From: an uncultured Lachnospiraceae bacterium
GTDB lineage: Bacteria; Bacillota; Clostridia; Lachnospirales; Lachnospiraceae
Direction: 5' to 3'
NCBI GenBank assembly: GCA_902801415.1
Contig: CADCIK010000002.1
Location: 17,912-81,911 of the forward strand
DNA: 64,000 nt
The notes under the pieces were generated by a model. That model was not told the origin of the DNA and ran no database searches. It saw nothing but the letters and a program-made list of their open reading frames with translations. This document shows, piece after piece, positions 18,399-29,004 of the stretch. The first letter of the stretch is position 1, and the number at the start of each line of letters is the position of its first letter. A program made the translations under genes and the position numbers.

Positions 18399-19997
18399 TC
18401 AGTCCCGAAGCTGGTACATGAGCCTGCCATATCCCTCCCATACAACGGGCCAGCCATGCCCGGCGCACACATCACACAGATCCGAGGAGGCGGGCAGCAG
18501 CACAAACTTGCTCTTCAGCGTTCCGTCAGTCAGGTGCTCCTGCATGTAAGCGGCCTGGCAGACGTTGAGTGAGGCATAGGAAGGAAGCATAAATTCCCAC
18601 TGCATGTCCGACTCCTCGACAAGCTTGGCAATGGTGTTGTCCCAGGGATCGTCCGCGAGCGGAAGGATGCCCCGGAAGGTCAGCTTAAGATCCGCTTCCT
18701 GAGAAGCGGACAGTGTATCTTCATTGATCTGCGGAAACGCGAAGTTTCCGGGCGCCTGCACGAACAAAAATGCCATTAATACGATCAGCGCGATCTGTGA
18801 GACCAGGCGCTCCCATCCGCCCAGGACAGCCAGCAGAAGGCCGTAGGACAGGGTGATGGCGAGCATCATGCGGTGAAGCTGCACGGGACTGTAGAGGACT
18901 ACATTGGCCTCATAAACGGCGGCGCCTGCGAGAAGCATCAGGAATATGACGGCGCAGCGCCCGTCGCGCGCCTTCTCCCGGGCCAAAAGACTGCGGATCA
19001 GAAGGAACAGCAGCAGTAAGGACTGGAACAGGTACAGGATCGTGATCCCGCCTGCCCAGCGGCCTGCGCGCAGATAGCCGAGAACCTCCCTGAGCGCCTG
19101 CAGATTGGTAGAGAGGATCTGCCTGATGAGCGCAGTCACGGGACCTCCGATGAGAGCGCGGAGCGTCTGCGCCGGCGAGTTCTGCGTAAAATAATGCGCG
19201 ACGTTGTAATTGGTAAAAAAGAAGTAGAGTCCCAGAGAGCCGGCTGCCGAGAGCCCGATGAGGATCACAAAGAGGATCTTCGCGGGAACGGAAAGCCTGC
19301 TCTTTTTGCGCAGGAGCAGATAGAGCGGGACCAGGAGCAGCGGGAAATAGTAAGGCCGCATTGTATTCCAGAAGAACACAGACAGGATCATGGCGAACAG
19401 AGCTGCTCCCTGTCCGCGGGAAGAAGCCTGCGGGTTTTTCATCAGCCACAGGGCCAGCGCTGTGAACAGGATCAGGAAGAAGCTGTAGCTCCCTTCGCTC
19501 ATGCCGGACCAGATATAGCGGCCGGCCACCAGATACATCGCCAGAAAGACAGCGGCGTAGAAGCCTTCCCGGACGCCCGGCCGCACCAAAATGACAAAAA
19601 GAAGGCAGGCCAATACGGCCAGGATCACATTGCTGTAGTAAATGAAGTTGTGGGTTGTGATGCCTGTCGCGAAGGATATGACAAAATAGGGCAGATAGGT
19701 GAAGATGTTGTAAGGCCCATAGGGGAGGTGCGCCGGAGCAGCCTCGTTGTAGCCGGCCATTCCGCGGGGCGTAAACTCATTCCTCAATAGGACCACGACG
19801 CGGTTGTAGCCGACCTCGTCGTTCCAGGTCGTATTCCAGGCATCCAGCTGCCGCACGGATGAACCGGTAAAAAACTGCAGGAGCGCCGCGCAGATGAAGG
19901 GGGCGAATATGATCAAAAGCCAGAAAAGGACCGCCGCTGGATGTATGCGACTTATTCCTCTGCGGCCGTTATGATCGGGTGTTGTAGATGAAAGCAT
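18399..19997 (-). CDS. Polytopic membrane protein, probable GT-C-fold glycosyltransferase
   Basis: About 11 TM segments; acidic WNDEVGY motif in the first external loop; start codon uncertain. Confidence 0.6.
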   Translation of the reverse strand: MLSSTTPDHNGRRGISRIHPAAVLFWLLIIFAPFICAALLQFFTGSSVRQLDAWNTTWNDEVGYNRVVVLLRNEFTPRGMAGYNEAAPAHLPYGPYNIFTYLPYFVISFATGITTHNFIYYSNVILAVLACLLFVILVRPGVREGFYAAVFLAMYLVAGRYIWSGMSEGSYSFFLILFTALALWLMKNPQASSRGQGAALFAMILSVFFWNTMRPYYFPLLLVPLYLLLRKKSRLSVPAKILFVILIGLSAAGSLGLYFFFTNYNVAHYFTQNSPAQTLRALIGGPVTALIRQILSTNLQALREVLGYLRAGRWAGGITILYLFQSLLLLFLLIRSLLAREKARDGRCAVIFLMLLAGAAVYEANVVLYSPVQLHRMMLAITLSYGLLLAVLGGWERLVSQIALIVLMAFLFVQAPGNFAFPQINEDTLSASQEADLKLTFRGILPLADDPWDNTIAKLVEESDMQWEFMLPSYASLNVCQAAYMQEHLTDGTLKSKFVLLPASSDLCDVCAGHGWPVVWEGYGRLMYQLRD

Positions 19998-20174
19998 TCG
20001 TGAGTGACCTCCGCTTTGTTGGTGAATATGTCCTCATTATACAACAGCATCGGCGTCTGGCAAACAAGCCGCAAAAGGATTAAGATTATTAGGGAATATC
20101 TGACTAAACGAGGGAAAAGAGTTATAATAAGACCAGAATTGCAAGGTCCTTGCAAAGCAGATCGGGAGGAAGGT

Positions 20175-21377
20175 ATGGATAATACAGAAAACAGAAGCGG
20201 AAGAGGAATCGGCCTGGCCGTGATCGCAGCCAGTCTCGCCATTCTTTTTACCTGCGGATTTCTTACAGCACTGGTCGGGATCGACTTCGGTCCCCATGAA
20301 GAGATCGCGATGAGTCTTACGCCGGGCGATCCTGTCGGGATGTTTAAAGCGCACCCGGAACCGCTCTGGCACCTGATGACATATTTTACGGTCTGGATCC
20401 TGCACTGCAATGTGCAGATCGCGGCAGGCCTGGTATCGGGACTTCTGATCGCCCTCACTTATATAGCCGCTTACTTTATCATCCGAAGAGAAGTGCCGGG
20501 GCTGGAATCCTATGAAGCAGCCGCGCTGGATCTGGTGCTGCATCTGGCAGGCGCGATCTATGTGCCCTTCTTTAATAAGGAACCCTATCTGGGCCAGGGA
20601 ACGCCCAATATATGGCACAACCCCACGACGATCGCGGTGAGGCCGATCGCGCTGCTGGTCTTCGTACTCGTAGGATCTATGATCATGAAGGCGCGGAAGG
20701 AAGAGTTTGAAAACGGGATCCCGGTCGGGAGAGGCGTGCTGACCGGCTTTCTGCTGGTGCTGTCCTGCCTCGCCAAGCCCAGCTTTGTACAGGTCTTTTA
20801 CCCGGCTATCTTCACACTGATGGTGATCTGGCTGATCATGTACAAGGGAAAGAGTTTCGGGACCGCACTCCAGTTATTCATCGTATGTCTCCCCTCCTTT
20901 GTCGTGATGATCATGCAGTTTGTGATCTCCTTCTACAGCGGCAACGGGAATTCCGGCGGCATTACCATCGCCCCCTTTGTCGTAGCGGGAGCAAGAACCA
21001 GCTCCATTCCGATCTCCATGCTGCTGCTTCTGGCATTTCCTCTGCTCATGCTGATCATCTCGCTGATCAAAAAGAGCGTTAACTGGGAGGACGTCCTCGG
21101 CTGGCTCATGCTTCTGTGGGGCCTTGTGTGGAGACTTCTGCTTGCGGAAAAAGGAGAAAGGATCTATCATGGAAACTTCTCCTGGGGATATATGCTGGCA
21201 GCTTACCTGGTATGGTATACGGCTGTGAGAAATTACCTGAAGTTCTACTTCAGCGAACAGATGACAGGCAATAAGAGGGGCGTCGGCTTCGTCCTTGCGA
21301 CCATCGTCCTCGCGCTGCACTTTGTCTCGGGAATCTATTATCTGATCTATTTAGTAGCATTGGGACACGGCATGTGA
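20175..21377 (+). CDS. Polytopic membrane protein, possible GT-C-fold glycosyltransferase
   Basis: About 10 TM segments; DFGPH loop, PNIWHNPT and SCLAKPSF motifs; GGAGGA RBS. Confidence 0.65.
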   Translation: MDNTENRSGRGIGLAVIAASLAILFTCGFLTALVGIDFGPHEEIAMSLTPGDPVGMFKAHPEPLWHLMTYFTVWILHCNVQIAAGLVSGLLIALTYIAAYFIIRREVPGLESYEAAALDLVLHLAGAIYVPFFNKEPYLGQGTPNIWHNPTTIAVRPIALLVFVLVGSMIMKARKEEFENGIPVGRGVLTGFLLVLSCLAKPSFVQVFYPAIFTLMVIWLIMYKGKSFGTALQLFIVCLPSFVVMIMQFVISFYSGNGNSGGITIAPFVVAGARTSSIPISMLLLLAFPLLMLIISLIKKSVNWEDVLGWLMLLWGLVWRLLLAEKGERIYHGNFSWGYMLAAYLVWYTAVRNYLKFYFSEQMTGNKRGVGFVLATIVLALHFVSGIYYLIYLVALGHGM

Positions 21378-21412
21378 TCCCGGGAAACCATTTAAAAGGA
21401 GAAATAATCGCT

Positions 21413-22297
21413 ATGGCTATTTTCAAAGGAGCGGGCGTTGCAATGGTCACGCCCATGAAAGACAACGGTGAGATCGATTATGAAGTCCTTGGACAGTTGA
21501 TCGAGGACCAGATCGCGGGACATACGGACGCGATCATCATCTGCGGAACAACCGGTGAGGCGCCTACGCTGGAGGATGATGAGCACCTTGAAGCGATCCG
21601 CTATACGGTCGACAAGACCGCGGGCAGGATCCCCGTCATCGCGGGAACCGGTTCCAATAACACGGCGCACGCGGTCATGATGTCCAAAGAGGCACAGAAG
21701 CTGGGAGCGGACGGCTGCCTTCTGGTCGCGCCTTACTACAACAAGGCGACGCAGAACGGCCTGGTGAGGCACTTCGCAGCGATCGCCGGCGCGGTGGACA
21801 TCCCCTGTATCCTGTACAATGTTCCCTCCAGAACGGGTTCCAACATCCTTCCCGAGACGGCCCTCCGTCTTGCGAACGAAGTGGAGAACATCGTCGGTAT
21901 CAAGGAGGCGTCCGGCAATATCGGCCAGGTTGGAAAGCTTGCGGCGATTTGTGAGGGCAAACTGGACATTTACTCGGGCAACGACGACCAGATCGTTCCG
22001 ATCTGCGCGCTCGGCGGCATAGGCGTCATCTCCGTGCTCTCCAATGTGGCGCCCAGAGAGACCCACAACATGGTGGAGTACTGCATGATGAACCGCTATG
22101 ACAAGGCAAGACAGCTGCAGCACAAGGCGCTGGACCTGGTCAACGCGCTGTTCTGTGAAGTCAACCCGATCCCCGTCAAGGCTGCGCTTCGCATGCAGGG
22201 ATTTGAAGTCGGAAATCCGAGACTTCCGCTGACAGAGATGGAGCCGGAGCACAAGGAAGTGCTGAGAAAGGCGATGATCGAATTCGGATGCCTGTGA
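21413..22297 (+). CDS. dapA: 4-hydroxy-tetrahydrodipicolinate synthase
   Basis: CGTTGE, IAGTGSNNT, PYYNK, LYNVPSRTG, GIKEASG, YSGND, NPIPVK. Confidence 0.96.
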   Translation: MAIFKGAGVAMVTPMKDNGEIDYEVLGQLIEDQIAGHTDAIIICGTTGEAPTLEDDEHLEAIRYTVDKTAGRIPVIAGTGSNNTAHAVMMSKEAQKLGADGCLLVAPYYNKATQNGLVRHFAAIAGAVDIPCILYNVPSRTGSNILPETALRLANEVENIVGIKEASGNIGQVGKLAAICEGKLDIYSGNDDQIVPICALGGIGVISVLSNVAPRETHNMVEYCMMNRYDKARQLQHKALDLVNALFCEVNPIPVKAALRMQGFEVGNPRLPLTEMEPEHKEVLRKAMIEFGCL

Positions 22298-22315
22298 TCC
22301 GCTGAAGAAAGAATG

Positions 22316-22353
22316 AAAAAAGGGCTGCCACATCGGAAATGTGGCAGCCCTTG
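22316..22353. terminator. Bidirectional terminator
   Basis: aaaaaagggctgccacat/atgtggcagccctt. Confidence 0.8.
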
Positions 22354-22385
22354 CTGTTGTGTATGCGGTTTCTGTAAAGAGCGGC

Positions 22386-23060
22386 TCAGTTGCGGCGCTT
22401 TCCGGTGATAGACAGGATCCTGACGAACAGGTTGACCACGTCCAGATAGATGTCCGCTGCGGAGTCGACCGCGTTATCCATCGTCTTGGGGAACTGCTGT
22501 GCCCTGTGCCAGTCCAGTCCGATGTAACCGCAGAAGATCAGCGCTACAGCGTAGTCGATGATGGTCATGGGAAGTCCCAGTACCAGAGATCCGATCAGCT
22601 CGATCAGGATGCATCCGATCAGGGATACGAAAAGCGTCCTGCCCAGATTCCGGAAAAATTCGGGATAGAGCATGGACAGGAGCACCATGATCACGGTGAT
22701 CAGCGCGGTCGCGATGAACGCGTAGGCCACGGAGTGTCCCGTGAAAGCGGTCACATAAAAGGTGAGCAGAAGTCCCATCGAGATCGCCATGCCTGTGAAG
22801 CCCGCAAAGCTCATGGCAGGACTGCTGGATTTATGTACCAGGATCGAGCAGCCGAGTGTGCCTGCAAAGTAGAGCACGACGACCAGCAGATAGTTCATGC
22901 TCAGGATCTGATACGTGAAGAAAGTGGCCATCACGACGTTGATGAGGACGCCCCACAGGAGAGTCAGTCCGATCGTCAGGTTGTAGGTCCTTTCAGTGAC
23001 CATGGTCCCTGCGTAGTTGTTCATCCTTTCGAGTCTGTATTCTTTGTTCATATCAGCCAT
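22386..23060 (-). CDS. Bax inhibitor-1/YccA-family membrane protein
   Basis: About 7 TM helices; C-terminal AVDSAADIYLDVVNLFVRILSI motif. Confidence 0.85.
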   Translation of the reverse strand: MADMNKEYRLERMNNYAGTMVTERTYNLTIGLTLLWGVLINVVMATFFTYQILSMNYLLVVVLYFAGTLGCSILVHKSSSPAMSFAGFTGMAISMGLLLTFYVTAFTGHSVAYAFIATALITVIMVLLSMLYPEFFRNLGRTLFVSLIGCILIELIGSLVLGLPMTIIDYAVALIFCGYIGLDWHRAQQFPKTMDNAVDSAADIYLDVVNLFVRILSITGKRRN

Positions 23061-23323
23061 GTTAATACCTCCATAATCTGAATTTGCAAACGGTCAGCCT
23101 TAAAATGCTGTACCGTGCCAAAATACAGCATCTATTGTGATATACGGCTCCCGATTTGTAAATCCATTATAGCGCCCAATTTGTCAGATATTTCGAAAAA
23201 ATTGTGAATTCTGCACTCTGTTATGGCAGCGTGGCAAAACAGAGATGTTGTGCAGTACGAAAAATCGGTGTAGAATAACACAATATCGGCAACTGCGAAA
23301 TAAATACAGAAAGGGCAGAAAAG

Positions 23324-24487
23324 ATGTTTAAATATGCTTGTCTCAATAATATATCGGAAAAGGGACTGGAGAAATTCACACCTGATTACGAAAGAAGCGA
23401 TGATCCCGCGCAGGCACAGGGCCTCCTTGTCAGAAGCGCGTCCATGCACGATATGGAGTTCTCACCGGAGCTCCTTGCGATCGCGAGAGCCGGCGCCGGT
23501 GTCAACAACATCCCGCTGGACCGCTGCGCGAAACAGGGTATCGTTGTCTTCAATACGCCCGGCGCAAACGCCAACGGCGTAAAGGAGATGGTGCTGGCCG
23601 GCATGCTCCTCGCTTCGAGAGACATCGTGGAAGGCGTCGACTGGGTGCGCGCCAACTGGAACAACAAGGATATTGCTAAGACAGCAGAGAAAGAAAAGAA
23701 GAAATACGCGGGCACGGAGCTTGCGGGCAAGAGACTGGGAATCATCGGTCTCGGCGCGATCGGTGTACGCGTTGCGAATATGGCAGTTGAACTGGGCATG
23801 GAAGTTTTTGGCTACGATCCCTATGTGTCGGTGGACGCGGCGTGGCATCTCAACCGCAAGATCACGCACGTTTTTGACCTCAATGAGATCTATGAGCGCT
23901 GCGATTTCATTACGATCCATGTACCTGCAACGCCCGCCACAAAGGGCATGATCAGCAAAGAAGCCGTAAAGAAGATGAAGAAGGGCGTGATCCTCATCAA
24001 CATGGCCAGAGACGCGCTGGTAGATGAGGAGGCCGTCATCAAGGCGATCGACGCGGGCAAAGTCCGCCGCTATGTATCCGATTTCCCCAACACTACGGTG
24101 GCAGGAAGAAGAGGCTGCATCACGACGCCCCACCTGGGCGCTTCCACAGAGGAGTCCGAGGACAACTGCGCGGAGATGGCAGTAGATGAACTGATGGATT
24201 ATCTGGAAAACGGAAATATCAAGAACAGCGTCAACTATCCCGCCTGCAGCATGGGTGTCTGCAGATCGGAGAGCCGTATCGCGATCTTCCATGAGAATAA
24301 GGTCAATATGATCAACCGTCTGACGACCCTGATCGGCGGAAGTGAAGTGAACATCGCGGAAATGACCAGTAAATCCAGAGGTGAAGTGGAATACACAATG
24401 ATGGATCTCGACGCGCCCGCCACGAAAGAGCTGGTGGATCAGATCTCCAGGATCGAGGGTGTATGGAGAGTGCGCGTGATCAAATAA
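23324..24487 (+). CDS. serA: D-3-phosphoglycerate dehydrogenase with C-terminal ACT domain
   Basis: ARAGAGVNNI, NTPGANAN, GIIGLGAIG, TPHLGAST.ESE.NCA, NSVNYP. Confidence 0.92.
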   Translation: MFKYACLNNISEKGLEKFTPDYERSDDPAQAQGLLVRSASMHDMEFSPELLAIARAGAGVNNIPLDRCAKQGIVVFNTPGANANGVKEMVLAGMLLASRDIVEGVDWVRANWNNKDIAKTAEKEKKKYAGTELAGKRLGIIGLGAIGVRVANMAVELGMEVFGYDPYVSVDAAWHLNRKITHVFDLNEIYERCDFITIHVPATPATKGMISKEAVKKMKKGVILINMARDALVDEEAVIKAIDAGKVRRYVSDFPNTTVAGRRGCITTPHLGASTEESEDNCAEMAVDELMDYLENGNIKNSVNYPACSMGVCRSESRIAIFHENKVNMINRLTTLIGGSEVNIAEMTSKSRGEVEYTMMDLDAPATKELVDQISRIEGVWRVRVIK

Positions 24488-24512
24488 GTAACCATGCGGA
24501 AAGGAACGAGCC

Positions 24513-25745
24513 ATGACAGAAGATAATAATATGCAGGATTACCTGTATTGGAGGGGGGATATTCCGTTTTCGACGGACCCTTTCAATGAGGTGGATAATC
24601 TGATCCTGGCCCAGGCCTCCTATGTGGACTTTGACGGAATCGTACCGGAATCAGGCGATGACAAAATACCGATCAGGGAAGTTTATAACCAATACTGGCT
24701 GATGCATACCAAAGAGGAGATCATGCAGAGGAAGAGCTTTGTCAAGCTTGCCCCTTTCTTGCTGGAACCTCTGGCGGAGAGCAGGCGCTTTGGCAATATG
24801 AAGCTCTCGGGGTATGTCAACCATATCAATAAAGACACGCAGGCCCAGATGTCCGCGGTCCGTTTCGAACTGGATGACGGGTCGGTGTATGTTGCTTTCC
24901 GCGGTACAGATGAGACCCTGGTCGGCTGGAAAGAGGACTTTAACCTCAGTTTTATGTCTCAGACGGAGGGACAGAGGCTGGCTGTGGAATATATGAAGGC
25001 CAACTTCTCCGACACGAATCTGTGGCTCAGAGTTGGCGGCCACTCCAAAGGCGGCAACTTCGCTGTCTATGCGTCGGCTTTTTCAGGTGATGCAGTGAAC
25101 AGGCAGATCATGGAGGTATATACCAATGACGGACCGGGCTTCAGGCCGGAAGTGACCGGGACAAGTGAATACCGTAATATTCTGAAAAAGACGATCAGCA
25201 TTGTCCCCAGAGACTCTGTGATCGGATGGCTTCTCAGCTCAGAAATCACTCCGCGTGTTGTAATGAGCAGCGCGACACGCATCAGGCAGCATGACGCGCT
25301 TACCTGGCAGATCAAGGGAAATCGTTTTGTTAAGACAGAGCAGTCCAAGGAGAGCTGGATGCTGGAGAAGACCCTGAGCGACTGGCTTGTCAATGTGGAT
25401 GACGAATCGAGAAAGATCTTCGTGGACCAGATTTTCAATATACTTGAGGCGACCGGCGCGGATACCATGAAGGACGTAAGAACTGCCACTCTGAGCGACC
25501 TCGCGGAGGCGTTCCAGGCTGCCATAAATCTGCCAAAAGACCAGCAGAAGGAAGTTTCAGAAGTCCTGACGCAGCTTTTTAAGAGCGGCGAGAAAACTTT
25601 CTATGAGCAGCTGGAGAACATAGAGGGGTGGATCCCCCCGTTTATCAGGAAATGGGCGGCCCGCAAAGAGGAGGCGCTGAGTGGAGAAAAGACAGATGAC
25701 GAGCCTGGAAGCGATCCGTTCGAGGATAACGGGAAGGAAAACTGA
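24513..25745 (+). CDS. DUF2974/Mbeg1-like alpha/beta hydrolase
   Basis: FNEVDNLIL, AFRGTDETLVGWKEDFN, GGHSKGGNFA, NDGPGF, QHD..TW. Confidence 0.88.
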   Translation: MTEDNNMQDYLYWRGDIPFSTDPFNEVDNLILAQASYVDFDGIVPESGDDKIPIREVYNQYWLMHTKEEIMQRKSFVKLAPFLLEPLAESRRFGNMKLSGYVNHINKDTQAQMSAVRFELDDGSVYVAFRGTDETLVGWKEDFNLSFMSQTEGQRLAVEYMKANFSDTNLWLRVGGHSKGGNFAVYASAFSGDAVNRQIMEVYTNDGPGFRPEVTGTSEYRNILKKTISIVPRDSVIGWLLSSEITPRVVMSSATRIRQHDALTWQIKGNRFVKTEQSKESWMLEKTLSDWLVNVDDESRKIFVDQIFNILEATGADTMKDVRTATLSDLAEAFQAAINLPKDQQKEVSEVLTQLFKSGEKTFYEQLENIEGWIPPFIRKWAARKEEALSGEKTDDEPGSDPFEDNGKEN

Positions 25746-26301
25746 AGAGATCCGTCCTGTCAGGCGCAGAAATGCCGTGCTGATCCCTCTGATCGAGGAG
25801 GACGGAGAGCTGAGTATTCTCTTTGAAGTGCGGCAGGCGGATATCCGCCAGGGAGGCGAGATCTGCTTTCCGGGCGGCATGGTCGAGGAGACGGAAACAC
25901 CGTCTCAGGCAGCTGCCAGAGAGACCGCAGAGGAATTGCTGATCCCGGAGGACAGTATTGAGGTGCTGGCGCCTATGCACAGGATGTCCGGGCCCGGCGG
26001 TGCACAGATCGATTCATTTCTGGGTGTGCTGCACGGATATACGGGCAGTTATTCTGCAGAAGAGGTAGACCATGTCTTTAAGGTACCGCTAAGCTGGTTC
26101 GCGCAGCATGCGCCCAGACTGAGCGAAGGAGCCATGGCTGTGGAGACGGCAGAGGACTTTCCCTACGACTGCATCCCCGGCGGAAGAGACTACCCGTGGC
26201 GGAAGATCCCGCGCACCTTCTACTTTTACGAGACGGAGGGCGGCGTGATCTGGGGCATGACGGCGGAACTGCTGTATCACTGCCTGAAGGTGCTTTTATG
26301 A
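25696..26301 (+). CDS. Nudix hydrolase, CoA pyrophosphatase type
   Basis: AVLIPL, GEICFPGG..E..AARETAEEL Nudix box, IWGMTA. Confidence 0.9.
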   Translation: MTSLEAIRSRITGRKTEEIRPVRRRNAVLIPLIEEDGELSILFEVRQADIRQGGEICFPGGMVEETETPSQAAARETAEELLIPEDSIEVLAPMHRMSGPGGAQIDSFLGVLHGYTGSYSAEEVDHVFKVPLSWFAQHAPRLSEGAMAVETAEDFPYDCIPGGRDYPWRKIPRTFYFYETEGGVIWGMTAELLYHCLKVLL

Positions 26302-27278
26302 AACGGCGGCTGACGTTTACCATCGGCCCGCAGGAAGCCGGGATGAATATCCGGGCTTTTCTGCGTGAAAGGCTGTCTTTTTCAGGACACCAGATCAGCC
26401 GGCTCAAGTTTCAGGAGGAAGGGATCCGCATAGACGGGCGGAAAGTATACGTCAACCATATCCTTTCCGAAGGCGAGCAGCTGACGGTGGGGCTTACAGA
26501 ACAGGTACTGAGAAGGGACACAGAGGGCGGAAAGACTGCCAGGATCTGGGAAGCACCGGCTCCGGAGCTGGCGGAATATCCACTGCAGATCCTATATGAG
26601 GACAGGGACCTTCTGATCGTCAATAAGCCTGCAGGCCTGGTCTGCCATCCGTCTCCCGGCCATTACAGCGATACGCTGGCCAATCAGGCAGCGGCGCATT
26701 TGGGCGGAACAGGCACGGCAATGGATATGCGCGTGACAGGGAGACTGGACCGCGAGACTTCCGGGATCGTGACGTTCGCGCGGAGCACGGAAGCAGCGGC
26801 CATGATCCAGCGGCAGCGGGAGGACGGACGGCTCAGGAAAGTCTATCTGGCGCTTGCGCACGGACACTTTGCTGAGAGCAGCGGCGTGGTGGATGAACCG
26901 CTCCGGAGAGAAGAGCCCGGTTCCCACAAAATGGTCTGCGCGCCGGATGGGAAACCGGCGAAGACTTTCTACAAAGCCGCAGCGGAGATAATTACCGCGG
27001 AAGGCGAACCGCGAACGCTCCTCGTGTGCCGGATCGAGCACGGAAGGACCCACCAGATCCGTGTCCATATGGCGAAGATCGGGCATCCGCTGGTCGGGGA
27101 CCCGCTGTATGGGCCGGACAGCGCAGATGAACCGATGGGACTGCACGCGCACAGCCTCTCCCTTATACAGCCCTTTGAGGACAGACGGATCGAAGTGAGG
27201 GCGGGGAGACCGGAATGGGCGGACTTGTGTGCCGAAGAGGTCATACTGGACCTGGAACATGAAATATTCATGGTTTAG
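26298..27278 (+). CDS. RluA-family pseudouridine synthase
   Basis: ILYEDRDLLIVNKPAG, GRLDRETSG, HGRTHQIRVH, HPLVGDPLY, LHA. Confidence 0.92.
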   Translation: MKRRLTFTIGPQEAGMNIRAFLRERLSFSGHQISRLKFQEEGIRIDGRKVYVNHILSEGEQLTVGLTEQVLRRDTEGGKTARIWEAPAPELAEYPLQILYEDRDLLIVNKPAGLVCHPSPGHYSDTLANQAAAHLGGTGTAMDMRVTGRLDRETSGIVTFARSTEAAAMIQRQREDGRLRKVYLALAHGHFAESSGVVDEPLRREEPGSHKMVCAPDGKPAKTFYKAAAEIITAEGEPRTLLVCRIEHGRTHQIRVHMAKIGHPLVGDPLYGPDSADEPMGLHAHSLSLIQPFEDRRIEVRAGRPEWADLCAEEVILDLEHEIFMV

Positions 27279-27352
27279 GAGCCGCAGAATTTGTTTATTT
27301 GTGAACAGATACAGTATAATAAACAGTGTGTAACGATATTGCAGAAGAAAGC

Positions 27353-28207
27353 ATGGATGGAAAGACCGTGGACAGGCAGACAGAAGACATGAGAGAGCGG
27401 TACCCGGTAAACCGTGATCCGGACAATATCATACCGAAGATCAGAAACTTCTGTCTTGATATGGACGGGACGGTCTATCTGGATTCGACCTGGATCGATG
27501 GGGCCAAGGACTTTCTGGCCGCACTCACGGCGACCGGCAGAAAATACTGCTTTATGACCAATAATTCATCCAAGAGCTCCGGCATTTATGTCGAGAAGCT
27601 CCTGAACATGGGACTTGTGATCGATCCGGAAAAGCAGCTGATCACGTCCGGACATGCCACCGTGGAATATCTGAAGAGACAGTATCCCGGCAGGAAGATC
27701 TATCTGTTCGGAAATCCCATGGTCAAGATGGAGTTCGAGAAGAGAGGCGTCCTGATCGACGAGGAACATCCCGACGTGGTCGTGACCAGTTTCTGCACCA
27801 GCTTCCACTACAGGGATCTATGCAGGCTCTGCGACCTGGTGCGGGAAGGACTGCCCTATGTGGCGACCCATCCCGACTATAATTGTCCTACAAAGACCGG
27901 ATTTATACCGGACATAGGATCTCTGACCGCTTATGTGGCGGCGTCCACCGGTAGAAGACCGGATAAGGTGGTCGGAAAGCCGGAGGCAGAGATCATCGAC
28001 TACGCCCTGGAGAAGCTGGGCGGACGCAGAGAAGAGTCCTGCGTCGTGGGCGACCGCCTGTATACGGACGTCAAATCCGGCGTAAACAACGGCTTATATG
28101 GTATATTTGTACTGAGCGGGGAGGCGCAGCTGGAGGACCTTCCGTCTTCGGACGTGAAGCCCCACCTGATCTTCGATTCTGTCAAAGAGATGATCCCTTT
28201 CCTGTGA
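27353..28207 (+). CDS. HAD-IIA (NagD-like) phosphatase
   Basis: LDMDGTVY, MTNNSS, VGKPE, VGDRLYTD; start uncertain (27353 or 27389). Confidence 0.9.
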   Translation: MDGKTVDRQTEDMRERYPVNRDPDNIIPKIRNFCLDMDGTVYLDSTWIDGAKDFLAALTATGRKYCFMTNNSSKSSGIYVEKLLNMGLVIDPEKQLITSGHATVEYLKRQYPGRKIYLFGNPMVKMEFEKRGVLIDEEHPDVVVTSFCTSFHYRDLCRLCDLVREGLPYVATHPDYNCPTKTGFIPDIGSLTAYVAASTGRRPDKVVGKPEAEIIDYALEKLGGRREESCVVGDRLYTDVKSGVNNGLYGIFVLSGEAQLEDLPSSDVKPHLIFDSVKEMIPFL

Positions 28208-28248
28208 TCGCTTTGATGGCAAAGTATTGAACCTCCCGGAGGTGTTGC

Positions 28249-29004
28249 ATGGAGACACGAGAGATATTAGAGCTTGTAAAGAACGGCGGCATGAGTGTCG
28301 AGGAAGCGGAGGGGCACTTCCGCAGGCAGCCCTATGAGGATCTGGGCTTCGCGAAACTGGATATGCACAGAAAGATGCGATCGGGCTTTCCGGAAGTGAT
28401 CTTCTGCAAGGGAAAGCCGGATGAGTTCCTGATCTCGATCTATACGAGAATGGTGGAAGCAGATGGGCAGGCTTTTGGCACAAGAGCCAGCAAAGAGCAG
28501 TATGAGATGGTCCGGAAAGTCATTCCCGATATCAAGTACGACCCCGTATCCGGCATACTCAAGCTGGAGAGAGAACCGCACAAAAAGGAAGGCCTGGTCG
28601 CGGTTGTTACCGGAGGTACTGCGGATATCCCTGTGGCGGAAGAAGCGGCGCAGACGGCGGAGTACTTTGGCGCGAAAGTAGAGCGGATCTATGATGTGGG
28701 CGTCAGCGGGATCCACAGACTCTTGTCACAGACACGGAAGCTGCAGGACGCAAACTGTATAGTGGCGGTGGCAGGAATGGAAGGCGCGCTTGCAAGTGTT
28801 GTGGGCGGCCTGGTAAGCAATCCCGTGATCGCGGTTCCCACATCGGTGGGCTACGGTGCAAATTTCGGAGGGCTTTCAGCGCTCCTTACTATGATCAATT
28901 CCTGCGCGAACGGCATCGCGGTCGTCAATATCAATAACGGCTATGGAGCCGGTTACATGGCAACGCAGATCAACCGCCTTGCCTGTGGAGGTAAGAATGA
29001 ATAA
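28249..29004 (+). CDS. larB: Nickel-pincer cofactor biosynthesis protein LarB
   Basis: FAKLD.HR..RSGFPEVIFC.GK, GTADIPVAEEA, DVGVSGIHRL, AGMEGAL, VPTSVGYGA, NGYGAG. Confidence 0.93.
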   Translation: METREILELVKNGGMSVEEAEGHFRRQPYEDLGFAKLDMHRKMRSGFPEVIFCKGKPDEFLISIYTRMVEADGQAFGTRASKEQYEMVRKVIPDIKYDPVSGILKLEREPHKKEGLVAVVTGGTADIPVAEEAAQTAEYFGAKVERIYDVGVSGIHRLLSQTRKLQDANCIVAVAGMEGALASVVGGLVSNPVIAVPTSVGYGANFGGLSALLTMINSCANGIAVVNINNGYGAGYMATQINRLACGGKNE

